Source of the DNA: Candidatus Omnitrophota bacterium
GTDB lineage: Bacteria > Omnitrophota > Gorgyraeia > Zapsychrales > Zapsychraceae
Direction of reading: 5' to 3'
DNA length: 64,000 bases
Assembly: GCA_029261055.1 (NCBI GenBank)
Contig: JAJDCA010000071.1
Coordinates: 89,778 to 153,777 of the forward strand
Position numbers and translations under genes: made by a program. Shown piece after piece: positions 1 through 10,239 of this stretch. Below the pieces are notes generated by a model, which saw nothing but the letters and a program-made list of their open reading frames with translations, did not search any database and was not told the origin of the DNA. How positions within the stretch are numbered: position 1 is the stretch's first letter; every line of letters begins with the position of its first letter.

Positions 1-1663
1 AAAAATTAAAGCAGATGCAGAAAAATATTTAGGTGAGACCGTGGATGAAGCGGTTATTACCGTTCCAGCTTATTTTAATGATAGCCAACGTCAAGCTACC
101 AAAGATGCCGGGGAAATTGCCGGATTAAAGGTTTTGCGAATCATCAATGAACCGACCGCAGCTTGTTTGGCCTATGGTTTAGATAAAGCCGGTAAAGAAC
201 AGCAAATTATGGTTTTTGATTTTGGGGGTGGAACGCTGGATGTTACGATTTTAGAAATGGGTTGGGATGAAGAGCATAAAGCTGCCACATTTGAAGTATT
301 ATCTACGAACGGGGATAATCATCTCGGTGGGACCGATATGGATAATATTCTTATAGAATATATTACAGAAGAATTTAAGAAAGAATCTGGTGTCGATCTT
401 AAAAATGATAAAATGGCTTTTCAGCGTTTACGTGAAGCAGCTGAAAAAGCTAAGGTAGAGCTTTCCAGTACTATTTCTACAGATATTAACCTTCCTTTTA
501 TTACAGCCGATTCTTCTGGACCAAAACATTTGAACTTGACGGTTGAACGAGCTAAATTGGAAAGTTTAGTGGCAGATGTTGTTGAAAAATGTAAAGGGCC
601 TATTATTCAGTCTCTTAAAGATGCTAAGTCTAAATTAGGGGAAGATGTTGCTATTGCCAAGGTTATCCTTGTCGGTGGTCCTACACGGATGCCCATTGTA
701 CAAGATTTTGTCGAAAAAGAAGTCGGTCAAAAAATTGAACGTGGTATTGATCCAATGGAATGTGTAGCCTTAGGCGCTGCTATTCAATCAGGAATTATCA
801 AAGGAGACGCCAAAGAAGTTCTTCTTTTGGATGTTACGCCATTAACGCTTGGAATCGAAACAATGGGTGGGGTATGTACAAAACTTATTGAACGTAATAC
901 GACCATTCCAGCCAAGAAGAGTCAAATCTTTTCTACGGCTGAAAATAATCAATCTGCCGTGACTATTCGCGTGCTTCAAGGTGAACGTCAAATGGCTAAT
1001 GATAATACGGAATTAGGGCGTTTTGATTTAGTAGGAATTCCACCAGCCTCAAGAGGCGTGCCTCAGATTGAGGTGACATTTGATATCGACACAGATGGTA
1101 TTGTGCATGTTTCGGCGAAAGATAAGGGAACAGGTAAAGAGCAGTCTATTCGTATCACAGCACCAACTAAGCTTTCAGATGAAGATATTGATAAAATGGT
1201 AAAGGAAGCTGAAAAATATGCTGAAGAAGATAAAAAGAAGAAGGAAGAAGTAGAAACTATCAATCAAGCTAATGCTTTATTTTATTCCACAGAAAAAGCT
1301 GTGAAGGATTATGGGGATAAAGTTTCGGCAGATGAAAAAGCAGCCATTGAAAAAGAGCTTAAAAATCTTCAGGAATCTATCAAAGCCAAAGATCTAGAAA
1401 AGATTAAACAGAATATGGAGTCTTTGGAAAAAGTAGGGCATAAATTAGCCGAAGAGGTTTATAAAGCCTCTGCATCTCAGCAAGCCGCTGGTCAAGGCCC
1501 TGAAGGCGCTACAGCCGGTGCAGGTGCAGGAGCTGATGCAGGAGCCCAGCAGGCCAATGCTGGATCAGCTGATCAAAGTCAGTCTTCGCAAAAAGGGGCG
1601 GCTGATAAAAATGAAGATGTCATAGATGCCGACTTTAAAGCGGAAGATGATACTAAAAAATGA
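1..1663 (+). CDS. dnaK: Chaperone DnaK (Hsp70), 5'-truncated by the window edge
   Basis: [29 protein letters not shown] and [14 protein letters not shown] motifs; the frame is open upstream of position 41. Confidence 0.98.
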   Translation, partial: KIKADAEKYLGETVDEAVITVPAYFNDSQRQATKDAGEIAGLKVLRIINEPTAACLAYGLDKAGKEQQIMVFDFGGGTLDVTILEMGWDEEHKAATFEVLSTNGDNHLGGTDMDNILIEYITEEFKKESGVDLKNDKMAFQRLREAAEKAKVELSSTISTDINLPFITADSSGPKHLNLTVERAKLESLVADVVEKCKGPIIQSLKDAKSKLGEDVAIAKVILVGGPTRMPIVQDFVEKEVGQKIERGIDPMECVALGAAIQSGIIKGDAKEVLLLDVTPLTLGIETMGGVCTKLIERNTTIPAKKSQIFSTAENNQSAVTIRVLQGERQMANDNTELGRFDLVGIPPASRGVPQIEVTFDIDTDGIVHVSAKDKGTGKEQSIRITAPTKLSDEDIDKMVKEAEKYAEEDKKKKEEVETINQANALFYSTEKAVKDYGDKVSADEKAAIEKELKNLQESIKAKDLEKIKQNMESLEKVGHKLAEEVYKASASQQAAGQGPEGATAGAGAGADAGAQQANAGSADQSQSSQKGAADKNEDVIDADFKAEDDTKK

Positions 1664-2805
1664 AAAAAGACTATTATGAAATTTTAGGTGTTCAGAAGGA
1701 TGTTGAGGTTCCAAAAATTAAAAAAGCCTACCGGTCTATGGCTTTGAAGTATCATCCAGACCGTGTTCCGGAGCATGAAAAGAAAGAGGCGGAAGCCAAA
1801 TTCAAAGAAATATCTGAGGCTTACGGTGTTTTATCTGACCCTAAAAAGAAATCCCTCTACGATCAGTATGGGCATGCCGGGATAGATCAAAATTATACTT
1901 CGGATGACATTTTCCGTGGGGCTGATTTTAGTAGCATATTCGGTGAGTCAAATATGGGGGATGTATTTAGTCAATTTTTTGGAGATTCCGGTTTTGATAT
2001 TTTTGGTGGTGGCGGCGGGGGGCAGTCAAGACGAGCTCAACGCGGTCGCGATATTCAATATGAAGTGGATATCACCATTGAAGAAGCTTATTCAGGCGTA
2101 AAGAAAAATATTAAAATTCCTCGTAATGAGCATTGTTCACATTGTGAGGGAAAAGGTGCCAAGCCAGGAAGCAAATTAAAAAAATGCGGTACATGTAATG
2201 GCTTGGGGCGTGTGACCGTAGCCAGTGGTTTTTTTCGTATGCAGCAAACGTGTTCCGATTGTGGAGGTGCAGGACAAATTATTACAGAATATTGTCCGAA
2301 ATGTAATGGTAAAGGTGTAAACCGTGTAACACGAAGTATTGAGGTGAATATACCGGCTGGTGTAGACAATAGTTCACGCCTGCGTGTACAAAATGAAGGG
2401 GAAGTCGGAAGCGCTGGACCTGGAGATTTGTATTTATATATTCATGTCTTGCCTCACGAAATTTTTCAGCGGGAAGGAAATGATCTTTACCTTCAGTTTC
2501 CTTTGAGTTTTGTCATTGCTGCTTTGGGCGGTGAAGTTTCTGTTCCTACGCTTAATGGTAATGTTTCAATGAAAGTCCCTCCAGCAACCCAAAGTGGAAA
2601 AATGTTTCGTCTTCGTGGTAAAGGCATGCCTGATTTACGTGGAGCCGGACAGGGTGATTTGTATGTAAGGGTGATGTTGAATGTTCCGAAGAAATTAACG
2701 CAGGAACAAAGAGACCTTTTGGAGGAGTATGCTAAAATCAGTGGCGAAAAAGTCCAGCCAAAGGGAAAAACATTTAAAGAAAAAATTAAAAAGGTATTTC
2801 AGTAA
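1660..2805 (+). CDS. dnaJ: Chaperone DnaJ
   Basis: J domain with HPD, G/F-rich region, four CxxCxGxG repeats; overlaps the dnaK stop. Confidence 0.98.
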   Translation: MKKDYYEILGVQKDVEVPKIKKAYRSMALKYHPDRVPEHEKKEAEAKFKEISEAYGVLSDPKKKSLYDQYGHAGIDQNYTSDDIFRGADFSSIFGESNMGDVFSQFFGDSGFDIFGGGGGGQSRRAQRGRDIQYEVDITIEEAYSGVKKNIKIPRNEHCSHCEGKGAKPGSKLKKCGTCNGLGRVTVASGFFRMQQTCSDCGGAGQIITEYCPKCNGKGVNRVTRSIEVNIPAGVDNSSRLRVQNEGEVGSAGPGDLYLYIHVLPHEIFQREGNDLYLQFPLSFVIAALGGEVSVPTLNGNVSMKVPPATQSGKMFRLRGKGMPDLRGAGQGDLYVRVMLNVPKKLTQEQRDLLEEYAKISGEKVQPKGKTFKEKIKKVFQ

Positions 2806-2853
2806 GGAACTCGTACAAATTATTTATACGCAGTCTCTAAGGGGTGATAAACA

Positions 2854-3102
2854 ATGCCAACGTATCAATACGAATGTTCTGCCTGTGGTCATGAGTTTGA
2901 AGCTCTTCAATCGATGCTGGACGAAAAATTAAAAACGTGTCCGGAATGTAAAAAAGATAATCTTCACCGATTAATCGGCGGAGGAAGTGGGATTATTTTT
3001 AAAGGATCGGGTTTTTATGAAACCGATTATAAGAAAAAAACACCCACAGATAAGGCCCCAGAAAGTTGTGGAGAAAAGTCAGCTTCTTGTAAGAGTTCTT
3101 AA
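2854..3102 (+). CDS. FmdB-family zinc-ribbon protein
   Basis: MPTYQYECSACGHEFE...CPEC...GIIFKGSGFYETDY signature. Confidence 0.9.
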   Translation: MPTYQYECSACGHEFEALQSMLDEKLKTCPECKKDNLHRLIGGGSGIIFKGSGFYETDYKKKTPTDKAPESCGEKSASCKSS

Positions 3103-3119
3103 TAGAGGAAATAGGTAAT

Positions 3120-3488
3120 TTGAGTTTTTTTAAATTCTGGTTTCCAGTTATTCTATATTCTGCTATTATTTTTTACGTATCTTCTCTTCAAAGAGTGGAA
3201 ACACCATTGAGTGGTATCCATTTTGATAAGATTTTACATGTTTTTGAATATGCGCCTTTTGGTTTTTTGCTTACCAGAGCATTATTTAAAACAAACAGAA
3301 CATTAACTGGAAAAAGTCTTTTTGGGTTTGTTGTTCTAGGTGCATTTTTGTATGGATTGAGTGATGAGTATCACCAGTCTTTTGTAGTAGGGCGAAGTGC
3401 AACAATCATTGATAGTTTTGCCGACACCATAGGGGGTGCGGTGGGAAGTTTAATATACTTAGGAGTTGTAAAAAAATCTTTAGTTTAG
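3120..3488 (+). CDS. VanZ-family membrane protein
   Basis: DKILHVFEY, YGLSDEYHQSFVVGR and D.FADTIG motifs. Confidence 0.9.
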   Translation: MSFFKFWFPVILYSAIIFYVSSLQRVETPLSGIHFDKILHVFEYAPFGFLLTRALFKTNRTLTGKSLFGFVVLGAFLYGLSDEYHQSFVVGRSATIIDSFADTIGGAVGSLIYLGVVKKSLV

Positions 3489-3498
3489 AAAGTTAAAT

Positions 3499-4764
3499 AT
3501 GTCAAAATTAAAACCATTTAAAGCAGTCTATTACAATACGGAAAAAATTAATGATATGGCTAAGGTGGTATGTCCTCCTTATGACGTTATATCAGAAGAA
3601 GAGCAAGCGGATTTGGAAAATTTAAGTCCAAATAATTTTATTCATATCCTCTTGGGGAAAGATAAACCCAAAGACGATAAGGAAAATAATAAATATACGC
3701 GCTCTAAAAAAACTTATGAAGATTGGCTGAAAAAAGAAATCCTGCTTCAGGATGAAAAACCGGGTGTATATTTTTATAAACAAGAATATAAAATACAAGG
3801 GCAAAAACATAGCCGTTTAGGTTTTATTTCTCTTATGGAATTGCAGGATGAGGAGGATTCTCGTGTGATTCCTCATGAAAATACACACGCTCATGCTGTG
3901 GAAGATCGGTTGAATTTATGGAGGTCTTTAAATTCAAATTTGAGTTGTATTTTTGTCTGTTTTTCGGATCAACAAAGGAAAGTAGAAAAGATTTTTACAA
4001 AACATGTGGTGATGAGTCAACCTATGATTGATGTTGAAGATAATGATAAGGTTAAACACCGGGTGTGGCGGCTTAATGATCCAGTATTAATTGAGGAAAT
4101 CAACGGCTCTTTATCGAATCAACATCTGTTTATTGCGGATGGCCATCATCGTTATAAAGTGGCCATGGAATATCGCCGATCCCGATTAGGACGAAAAACG
4201 AATAGCAATGGAACAGAAGATTTCAATTATGTTATGACATATTTTACAAATATTGATTCGAGAGATTTGCAGATTTTTCCAATGCATAGAATTATTAAAA
4301 ATTTGCCGCAAGACCTAGATTTTCTTGAAGATTTTTTTCGAATCGATAGAGTTAAGAGTAAAGATGAACTTTTGATTTATCTTGCCCGTGCAGGGCGTAA
4401 TGAACATGCTTTTGGCCTTTATACAAAAGAAGGTGTAAAACTTTTGAGGTTGAAAAATAAGCTCCTTATTGAAGAACATATTAAAGAGGGTTCTAAAGAA
4501 TATAAAAGTTTGGATGCCTCTATTTTAAAATACTTAGTGTTGGATAGGGTAGGTATAAAATCAGATGATATTGTTTACACTAAAGACCTTAGTGAAGCTA
4601 TTGATAAAGTTGATAATGATGAAGCTGATGCCAGCTTTATTATGAATCCCGTTAAAATTCCTCAATTGAAAGCTATAGCTCTCAACGGTGAGAAAATGCC
4701 TCCCAAGACAACGTATTTCTATCCAAAGGTATTATCCGGTTTGACTGTTTATAAAATGGATTAA
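3499..4764 (+). CDS. DUF1015-family protein
   Basis: PPYDVI, PHENT, IADGHHRY and MPPKTTYFYPK motifs. Confidence 0.9.
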   Translation: MSKLKPFKAVYYNTEKINDMAKVVCPPYDVISEEEQADLENLSPNNFIHILLGKDKPKDDKENNKYTRSKKTYEDWLKKEILLQDEKPGVYFYKQEYKIQGQKHSRLGFISLMELQDEEDSRVIPHENTHAHAVEDRLNLWRSLNSNLSCIFVCFSDQQRKVEKIFTKHVVMSQPMIDVEDNDKVKHRVWRLNDPVLIEEINGSLSNQHLFIADGHHRYKVAMEYRRSRLGRKTNSNGTEDFNYVMTYFTNIDSRDLQIFPMHRIIKNLPQDLDFLEDFFRIDRVKSKDELLIYLARAGRNEHAFGLYTKEGVKLLRLKNKLLIEEHIKEGSKEYKSLDASILKYLVLDRVGIKSDDIVYTKDLSEAIDKVDNDEADASFIMNPVKIPQLKAIALNGEKMPPKTTYFYPKVLSGLTVYKMD

Positions 4765-4772
4765 GGTAAGTT

Positions 4773-5633
4773 ATGCCTCTGTTTGGTCGAAAACGAAATA
4801 ATCTTATCAATGTCAAAAAGAAAGAAATTCCGGCGGGATTGTGGTCGAAATGTCCTGACTGCGGAGCTCCAACCTATCGAAAAGAATTAGAAAATAACCT
4901 CAATGTTTGTCCTAAATGTGGGTATCACTTTTTCTTAACAGCTCAGCAGAGGGTCGATCTTCTCATCACAAAAGGGACTTTTCAAGAAATGGATACGAAT
5001 ATGTTTTCGACAGATCCGCTTAAATTTCGAGGTCCAAAGACATATCAAGAAAAATTAAAGGGCGACCAAAAAAGGACAGGGATACGGTGCGCCGTTGTAA
5101 CAGGCACGGGCGAAATTCATGGAAAAAAGATAGGGATTGCCGTAACCGATTCAAGGTTTATTATGGGGTCGATGGGTTCTGTGGTTGGGGAGAAGATAAC
5201 AAGGGTTATTGAATTTGCAACAGAACATAAGCTTCCTATGATTATTGTTTCCGGTTCCGGGGGTGGTGCCAGAATGTATGAAGGCGCTATTTCTTTAATG
5301 CAGATGGCCAAGACGTGTGCTGCGCTTTCTCGACATAATAATGCAGGGTTGTTGCATATATCCATTTTGACTAATCCTACTATGGCTGGGATTATGGCTT
5401 CTTTTGCAGGAATTGGTGATATTATTATGGCTGAACCAAAGGCTCTTATTGGATTTACCGGGCCGAGAGTTATTGAACAAACGATCCGGCAAAAACTTCC
5501 AGAAGGGTTTCAGAAATCTGAATTTCTTTTGGCACATGGATTAATTGATATGATTGTTGAACGAAAAGATATGGCGGATAGGTTAAGTAATATTATTAAT
5601 TATTCTTCTAAGTTAGAAAATAAGAAGGAATAA
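4773..5633 (+). CDS. accD: Acetyl-CoA carboxylase carboxyltransferase beta subunit
   Basis: WSKCPDC..CPKC zinc finger, GSMGSVVGEKI, GGGARMYEG, GFTGPRVIEQT. Confidence 0.97.
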   Translation: MPLFGRKRNNLINVKKKEIPAGLWSKCPDCGAPTYRKELENNLNVCPKCGYHFFLTAQQRVDLLITKGTFQEMDTNMFSTDPLKFRGPKTYQEKLKGDQKRTGIRCAVVTGTGEIHGKKIGIAVTDSRFIMGSMGSVVGEKITRVIEFATEHKLPMIIVSGSGGGARMYEGAISLMQMAKTCAALSRHNNAGLLHISILTNPTMAGIMASFAGIGDIIMAEPKALIGFTGPRVIEQTIRQKLPEGFQKSEFLLAHGLIDMIVERKDMADRLSNIINYSSKLENKKE

Positions 5634-5639
5634 TTTTCA

Positions 5640-5668
5640 TTGCATTTTAAAAGCTTTATAGATAGAAT
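5640..5668 (+). promoter_or_regulatory. Putative sigma70-type promoter
   Basis: TTGCAT-N17-TAGAAT upstream of the ABC ATPase gene. Confidence 0.5.
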
Positions 5669-5725
5669 ACGCACTTAAATTTATTTCTAAGTAAATAATT
5701 TACCAAACGTAGCGAGGCTCATTAA

Positions 5726-6829
5726 ATGGCTCAAATTCAAATACAAAATCTTTCAAAAGTTTATAAAGGCGGCGTTAAAGCTGTTGATAATGTTAATGTA
5801 GAAGTCAAAGATAAAGAATTTATGGTTCTTGTTGGGCCTTCCGGTTGTGGAAAATCAACCACATTGCGGATGGTCGCTGGTCTGGAAGATATCAGTGAAG
5901 GTAAGATTATGATCAACGATCGTCTGGTTAATGATGTTCCAGCCAAAGATCGTGATATCGCTATGGTCTTTCAGAATTATGCCTTGTATCCGCATATGAC
6001 GGTTTTTGAAAATATGGCGTTTGGCCTTAAGTTAAAAAAATATCCTAAGCAGGAAATTGAGCGTCGTGTTCATGAAGCCACAGAAATTTTAGGGATTAAT
6101 CGTTTAATAGGCAGACGTCCTCGACAACTTTCTGGTGGTGAGCGACAAAGGGTGGCTTTGGGGCGTGCGATTGTTCGCAAGCCAAAAGTTTTTTTATTTG
6201 ATGAGCCTTTGAGTAATTTAGATGCCAAGATGCGTGTGCAGATGCGTACAGAAATCCATAAGTTACGGTTGCGTCTTCAAACGACATTTATTTATGTAAC
6301 ACATGATCAGACGGAAGCTTTGACTTTAGGTGATCGCGTTATGGTGATGAAAGATGGTAAAGTACAGCAGTGTGCGGATCCTATGACCATTTATGATAAA
6401 CCGGCAAATAAATTTGTCGCTGGTTTTATCGGATCTCCACCGATCAATTTGATGGAAGGTCGTATTATTAAAAAAGAACGAAAATATTATTTCGATGAAG
6501 GGAAGTTTAAAGTAAGAATCGTTGATGAGATGCGTAAAGTCGTTGCGCCTTATGCCGGTAAAGAAGTTACTTTTGGTATTCGTGCTGAAGATATTTATGA
6601 CAAATTATTTGTTTCCGAAGCATCCCCGGATAATACTATTCGTGCTGTATGTGAAGTTGTTGAGCCATTAGGGTCTGAAGTGTATCTCTATTTGAATACA
6701 GGAAAAAATTCATTTATCGCCCGTGTTGGCGCTCATAATAGGCCGGATGTTAATAGAGATATGGATCTCGTGTTCGATATGAGTAAGGTGCATTTCTTTG
6801 ATCGCGACACAGAAAAAACAATTATCTAA
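5726..6829 (+). CDS. Sugar ABC transporter ATP-binding subunit (MalK/MsmX/UgpC family)
   Basis: Walker A GPSGCGKS, VFQNYALYPHM, LSGGERQR, DEPLSNLDAK, C-terminal TOBE-like region. Confidence 0.95.
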   Translation: MAQIQIQNLSKVYKGGVKAVDNVNVEVKDKEFMVLVGPSGCGKSTTLRMVAGLEDISEGKIMINDRLVNDVPAKDRDIAMVFQNYALYPHMTVFENMAFGLKLKKYPKQEIERRVHEATEILGINRLIGRRPRQLSGGERQRVALGRAIVRKPKVFLFDEPLSNLDAKMRVQMRTEIHKLRLRLQTTFIYVTHDQTEALTLGDRVMVMKDGKVQQCADPMTIYDKPANKFVAGFIGSPPINLMEGRIIKKERKYYFDEGKFKVRIVDEMRKVVAPYAGKEVTFGIRAEDIYDKLFVSEASPDNTIRAVCEVVEPLGSEVYLYLNTGKNSFIARVGAHNRPDVNRDMDLVFDMSKVHFFDRDTEKTII

Positions 6830-8156
6830 AAAATTGTCTGAAAGTCATACTCTCGGACAACCTCTTAGTAATTCAACTTGCCGAAGGGGTCAACCTCCTT
6901 TTATACAGTTAACCCTCCTTTTTATTACCCTAATAGTTTTTTTTATCTACGCTACGTTTTTTAACCAGCCTTTTTTTGTTTTCATCACAATAGGTATGTT
7001 AGGATGTCTTTTTTATTTGGTGCCGTTGCGATATCACCTTGTTATGAAGGGTGCGGAAGCTCAACTTCAGGTGCAGGATTGTCACGAGAGGACAAATTTA
7101 ACGCATTCTGAGACGCATCAGGAAGGTGAAGTTATAGAGGCATTTCGAAAAAAAATTGTGAGTTATTCTAAACTTAAGGTATTAACGGAAGAGTTGAGCC
7201 TATGCCTTACTTTAGATGACACGTCTAAAACACTTTCTTCTGAGGCAAATAAACTTTTAGGTGGTCGAGAAACAACGATTATTTTGTATCTTTTTCATTC
7301 CAAAACAGGGGTGCTAGGTATTTCTTCGTCGCGTAAGGGGCAGTTACGTGTGAATATTAAATCGAAAAAAGGAGACCTCTTTGACCAATGGTTGGTTAAA
7401 AGTATGCAGCCGTTATTAGTTGAGGACACAAAAAGTGATTATCGTTTTGATATTGATAAAATTGTGACAGAAGATGCCAGGGGAATTCGATCTCTTATTA
7501 GTGCGCCGTTGATGGTGGGTAATAAAGCTTTAGGAATATTGCGCATCGACAGCCCGAAAGAAGATTATTTTACAACAGAAGATTTGCGTTTTTTAGCCAC
7601 GATAGGTGATCTCGGTGCTGTGGCTATCGAAAATGCACAGTTGTATGAGCGTGTCGAACAGTTAGCGATTAAAGATGGATTAACTCATTTGTATTTACGT
7701 CGGTATCTCATGGAGCGCATGCCAAAGGAAATGAGTCGACAGTTACGATGTAATAGTCAAATGTCTTTTTTTATGATGGATATTGATAAATTTAAACGGT
7801 ACAACGACACCTTTGGTCATATGGCAGGCGACATTGTGTTGAGAACAGTGGGTATCCTTTTGATGGATTTTTTTAAACAGCCGGGAAGTTTAGTTTGCCG
7901 TTATGGTGGAGAAGAGTTTGCTGTTATGATCCCGGATTGTCCGAAGGATAAAGCCGTTGAATTGGCAGAAAAAATACGGCAAAAGATTTCTAAACAGACT
8001 GTTTTGCTTCGACGAGAAAAAACACAGGTCACTATTTCTGTCGGGATTGCAACTTTCCCTAAAGATGCCCAGATGAAAGAAGATCTTATCCATAAAGCTG
8101 ACATGGCGCTTTATAAAGCCAAAAATGAAGGAAGAAATCGTGTGTGTGTAGCGTAA
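6798..8156 (+). CDS. Membrane-anchored GAF-GGDEF diguanylate cyclase (start uncertain)
   Basis: Two TM segments, GAF domain (LISAPL..FT.EDL..L...A.AIENA), DIDKFK.YNDTFGH..GD, RYGGEEF; no RxxD I-site. Confidence 0.92.
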   Translation: MIATQKKQLSKKLSESHTLGQPLSNSTCRRGQPPFIQLTLLFITLIVFFIYATFFNQPFFVFITIGMLGCLFYLVPLRYHLVMKGAEAQLQVQDCHERTNLTHSETHQEGEVIEAFRKKIVSYSKLKVLTEELSLCLTLDDTSKTLSSEANKLLGGRETTIILYLFHSKTGVLGISSSRKGQLRVNIKSKKGDLFDQWLVKSMQPLLVEDTKSDYRFDIDKIVTEDARGIRSLISAPLMVGNKALGILRIDSPKEDYFTTEDLRFLATIGDLGAVAIENAQLYERVEQLAIKDGLTHLYLRRYLMERMPKEMSRQLRCNSQMSFFMMDIDKFKRYNDTFGHMAGDIVLRTVGILLMDFFKQPGSLVCRYGGEEFAVMIPDCPKDKAVELAEKIRQKISKQTVLLRREKTQVTISVGIATFPKDAQMKEDLIHKADMALYKAKNEGRNRVCVA

Positions 8157-8175
8157 GGGAAAGAATTTCAATGTT

Positions 8176-8271
8176 AGTCATCAGTCATCAGCTATCAGAC
8201 GTCAGTGAAAAATAAACTGCTGACGACTGCAAGCCTGACGTCTGATGGCTAAAAGTCGCCGCCGAAGGCGG
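8176..8271. repeat. Heptamer-based inverted repeat plus GAA mini-hairpin
   Basis: AGTCATC AGTCATC AGCTATC AGACGTC units; 16-bp arms 8190-8205 and 8235-8250 with 1 mismatch; CCGCC-GAA-GGCGG at 8259-8271. Confidence 0.75.
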
Positions 8272-8287
8272 TTTAACGTGTAAGAAT

Positions 8288-9304
8288 ATGACTTTTTTAT
8301 TATCATTAATCATAGTTATTTTTGTTTTTCTGGTTATTCAGTGTGCTAAAAGAATAGCAAGGCAAATAGAGTTGACTGGTCGGGAAGAAATAAAGAATGC
8401 TAAAGAAGCGCATAATCAATTAATTCGGAAAAAAGAAAGTTTAAGTAAAGAAAAGTATGCTTTGGAAGGTCAAGCTTTAGAAATTTTTACTTTATATGAA
8501 ATTACAAAAGAAATTACGAAGAGTTTAAACGAGCAAGATGCCTTTGATATTTTTAAACAAAAATTAAGCTTACATACAGTCTTTGAAGAATGTCTTTTTT
8601 TGGCCCCTTCTTCGCCTTCCATTAATGAATTAAAAAAATCAGAAGAGTATTTTATTTTTACTCTCCAGGAAAAACGGAAAAAAATTGGGTATTTGGCTAT
8701 TAAAGGGGTTCCTGAACAAGACAAAGAAAAAATAATGATTTTGGGTCATCAATTTGCTTTGGCCATTAGAAGGGTTAAGCTTTATCAAGAAATAGAGAAA
8801 GTGGCTATTACAGATAGTCTAACAGAGGTTCAGACACGTCATTATGCCTTAGTCCGTTTTACTGAAGAGATCAATCGTTCAAAAGAACGTAAAATTAAAA
8901 TGTCATTTCTTATGATTGATGCAGATTTTTTTAAGAGTATTAATGATGAATATGGGCATTTAACGGGGGATCAAGTTTTAAAAGAAATAGCCGCTATTAT
9001 TAAAGAAAATATTCGGGAGATTGATATTGCCGGCCGGTACGGTGGTGAAGAGTTTTGTGTTGTCCTTCCAGATACAGATCGTGAAGGGGCTCAGTATGCA
9101 GCTGAACGTATCCGTTCTGCCACAGAGCAAGCCTTGATTAAGGCCTACGACACACAGATTAAAACAACCGTGAGTGTCGGTATAGCCACATTTCCGGAAG
9201 ATGGAAAAAGTATGGAAGAGTTGATCGATAAGGCCGATTGGGCCCTTTATCGCGCCAAAAAACAAGGACGAAACAGGATTTGTTCATTTGGGGTGTATGA
9301 GTGA
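8288..9304 (+). CDS. Membrane-anchored GGDEF diguanylate cyclase
   Basis: N-terminal TM, DADFFKSINDEYGHLTGD, REID I-site, RYGGEEF. Confidence 0.93.
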   Translation: MTFLLSLIIVIFVFLVIQCAKRIARQIELTGREEIKNAKEAHNQLIRKKESLSKEKYALEGQALEIFTLYEITKEITKSLNEQDAFDIFKQKLSLHTVFEECLFLAPSSPSINELKKSEEYFIFTLQEKRKKIGYLAIKGVPEQDKEKIMILGHQFALAIRRVKLYQEIEKVAITDSLTEVQTRHYALVRFTEEINRSKERKIKMSFLMIDADFFKSINDEYGHLTGDQVLKEIAAIIKENIREIDIAGRYGGEEFCVVLPDTDREGAQYAAERIRSATEQALIKAYDTQIKTTVSVGIATFPEDGKSMEELIDKADWALYRAKKQGRNRICSFGVYE

Positions 9305-9306
9305 GA

Positions 9307-9335
9307 TTGACAACGCATAATGTATGGTGTATACT
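9307..9335 (+). promoter_or_regulatory. Sigma70 promoter of the vapBC operon
   Basis: TTGACA-N17-TATACT, followed by GGAGGTG RBS. Confidence 0.8.
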
Positions 9336-9354
9336 TTAAATGGAGGTGATAAAA

Positions 9355-9600
9355 ATGGTGAGAACACAAATATACTTAGAAGATGAACAAATATTAAAAT
9401 TAAATTTGGCATCTGAAAAGCTTAATGTGAAGAAATCAGAGTTGATTAGGTTAGCTATTGATGAATATTTCTCAAAAAAAGATAAGGACGTTAAGTGGGA
9501 AGATGACCCATTGGATAAATCTATTGGCTCGATTGAGTTAAATGTAGAAGATGCTTCAGTTAATCATGATAAGTATTTGTACGGTAATCACAATGAATAA
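9355..9600 (+). CDS. vapB: Ribbon-helix-helix (CopG-like) antitoxin
   Basis: RTQIYL...KSELIRLAIDEY RHH pattern, ASVNHDKYLYG tail; RBS favours the ATG at 9355. Confidence 0.85.
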   Translation: MVRTQIYLEDEQILKLNLASEKLNVKKSELIRLAIDEYFSKKDKDVKWEDDPLDKSIGSIELNVEDASVNHDKYLYGNHNE

Positions 9601-10000
9601 AATATTTATAGATACGGGAGGATGGGTTGGTTTATTTAATAAAAGAGATAAATTCCATCAAGGTGCCAGTCAAATATATAAGAAAATTAAAGCAAATAAA
9701 TTAGAAATATATACAAGTGATTATATTATTGATGAAACAGTTACGTTAATAAAAAGCCACAGCAATTCAGATGCGGCGATAAATGCAGGTAATGCACTAA
9801 TGCGTAGCCAGCTTGTGAATATTATCAATGTAGATGCGAATATATTTAATAAAACCTGGCTAAATTTTCAGAAATATAAAGATAAAGATTATAGTTTTAC
9901 AGATGTTTCAACAATTTCCATTATGCATGAATTAAAAATAATACATTTGTTCGCCTTTGATGATAACTTGATTAATTTTGGTTTTGTAAAGTATGCATAG
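9593..10000 (+). CDS. vapC: PIN-domain toxin VapC
   Basis: IFIDTG, TSDYIIDET, SFTDVS and FAFDD PIN motifs; overlaps the antitoxin. Confidence 0.9.
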   Translation: MNKIFIDTGGWVGLFNKRDKFHQGASQIYKKIKANKLEIYTSDYIIDETVTLIKSHSNSDAAINAGNALMRSQLVNIINVDANIFNKTWLNFQKYKDKDYSFTDVSTISIMHELKIIHLFAFDDNLINFGFVKYA

Positions 10001-10239
10001 AATTTAAGGAAAGATATTCGTAACAAATTTCTTCGTAATTTTTCCTCCCCTTGCGCAAAATTAAGAGAAAAATTAAATATTTTTTTTTATTTTTTTGTAA
10101 CTATATGAAATAATTATAGGTACATTTCGTTGAAAAATCATCTGCGTGGTAATTTGTCCTTTGAATATGTTATACTTTTTGTACAAGTAAGCGTAGCAAT
10201 AATCCAACCAAGAATTTGTTAATATCGGATAAACAATAG

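Noticed and set aside
1480-1600. Gly/Ala/Gln-rich low-complexity tail of DnaK
   Set aside because: A normal disordered Hsp70 C-terminus
7780-9060. Hypr-GGDEF (cGAMP synthase) and cGAMP-type riboswitch hypothesis
   Set aside because: Both cyclases keep Asp in GH..GD rather than Ser/Thr, and both aptamers have G, not A, at the position-20 equivalent
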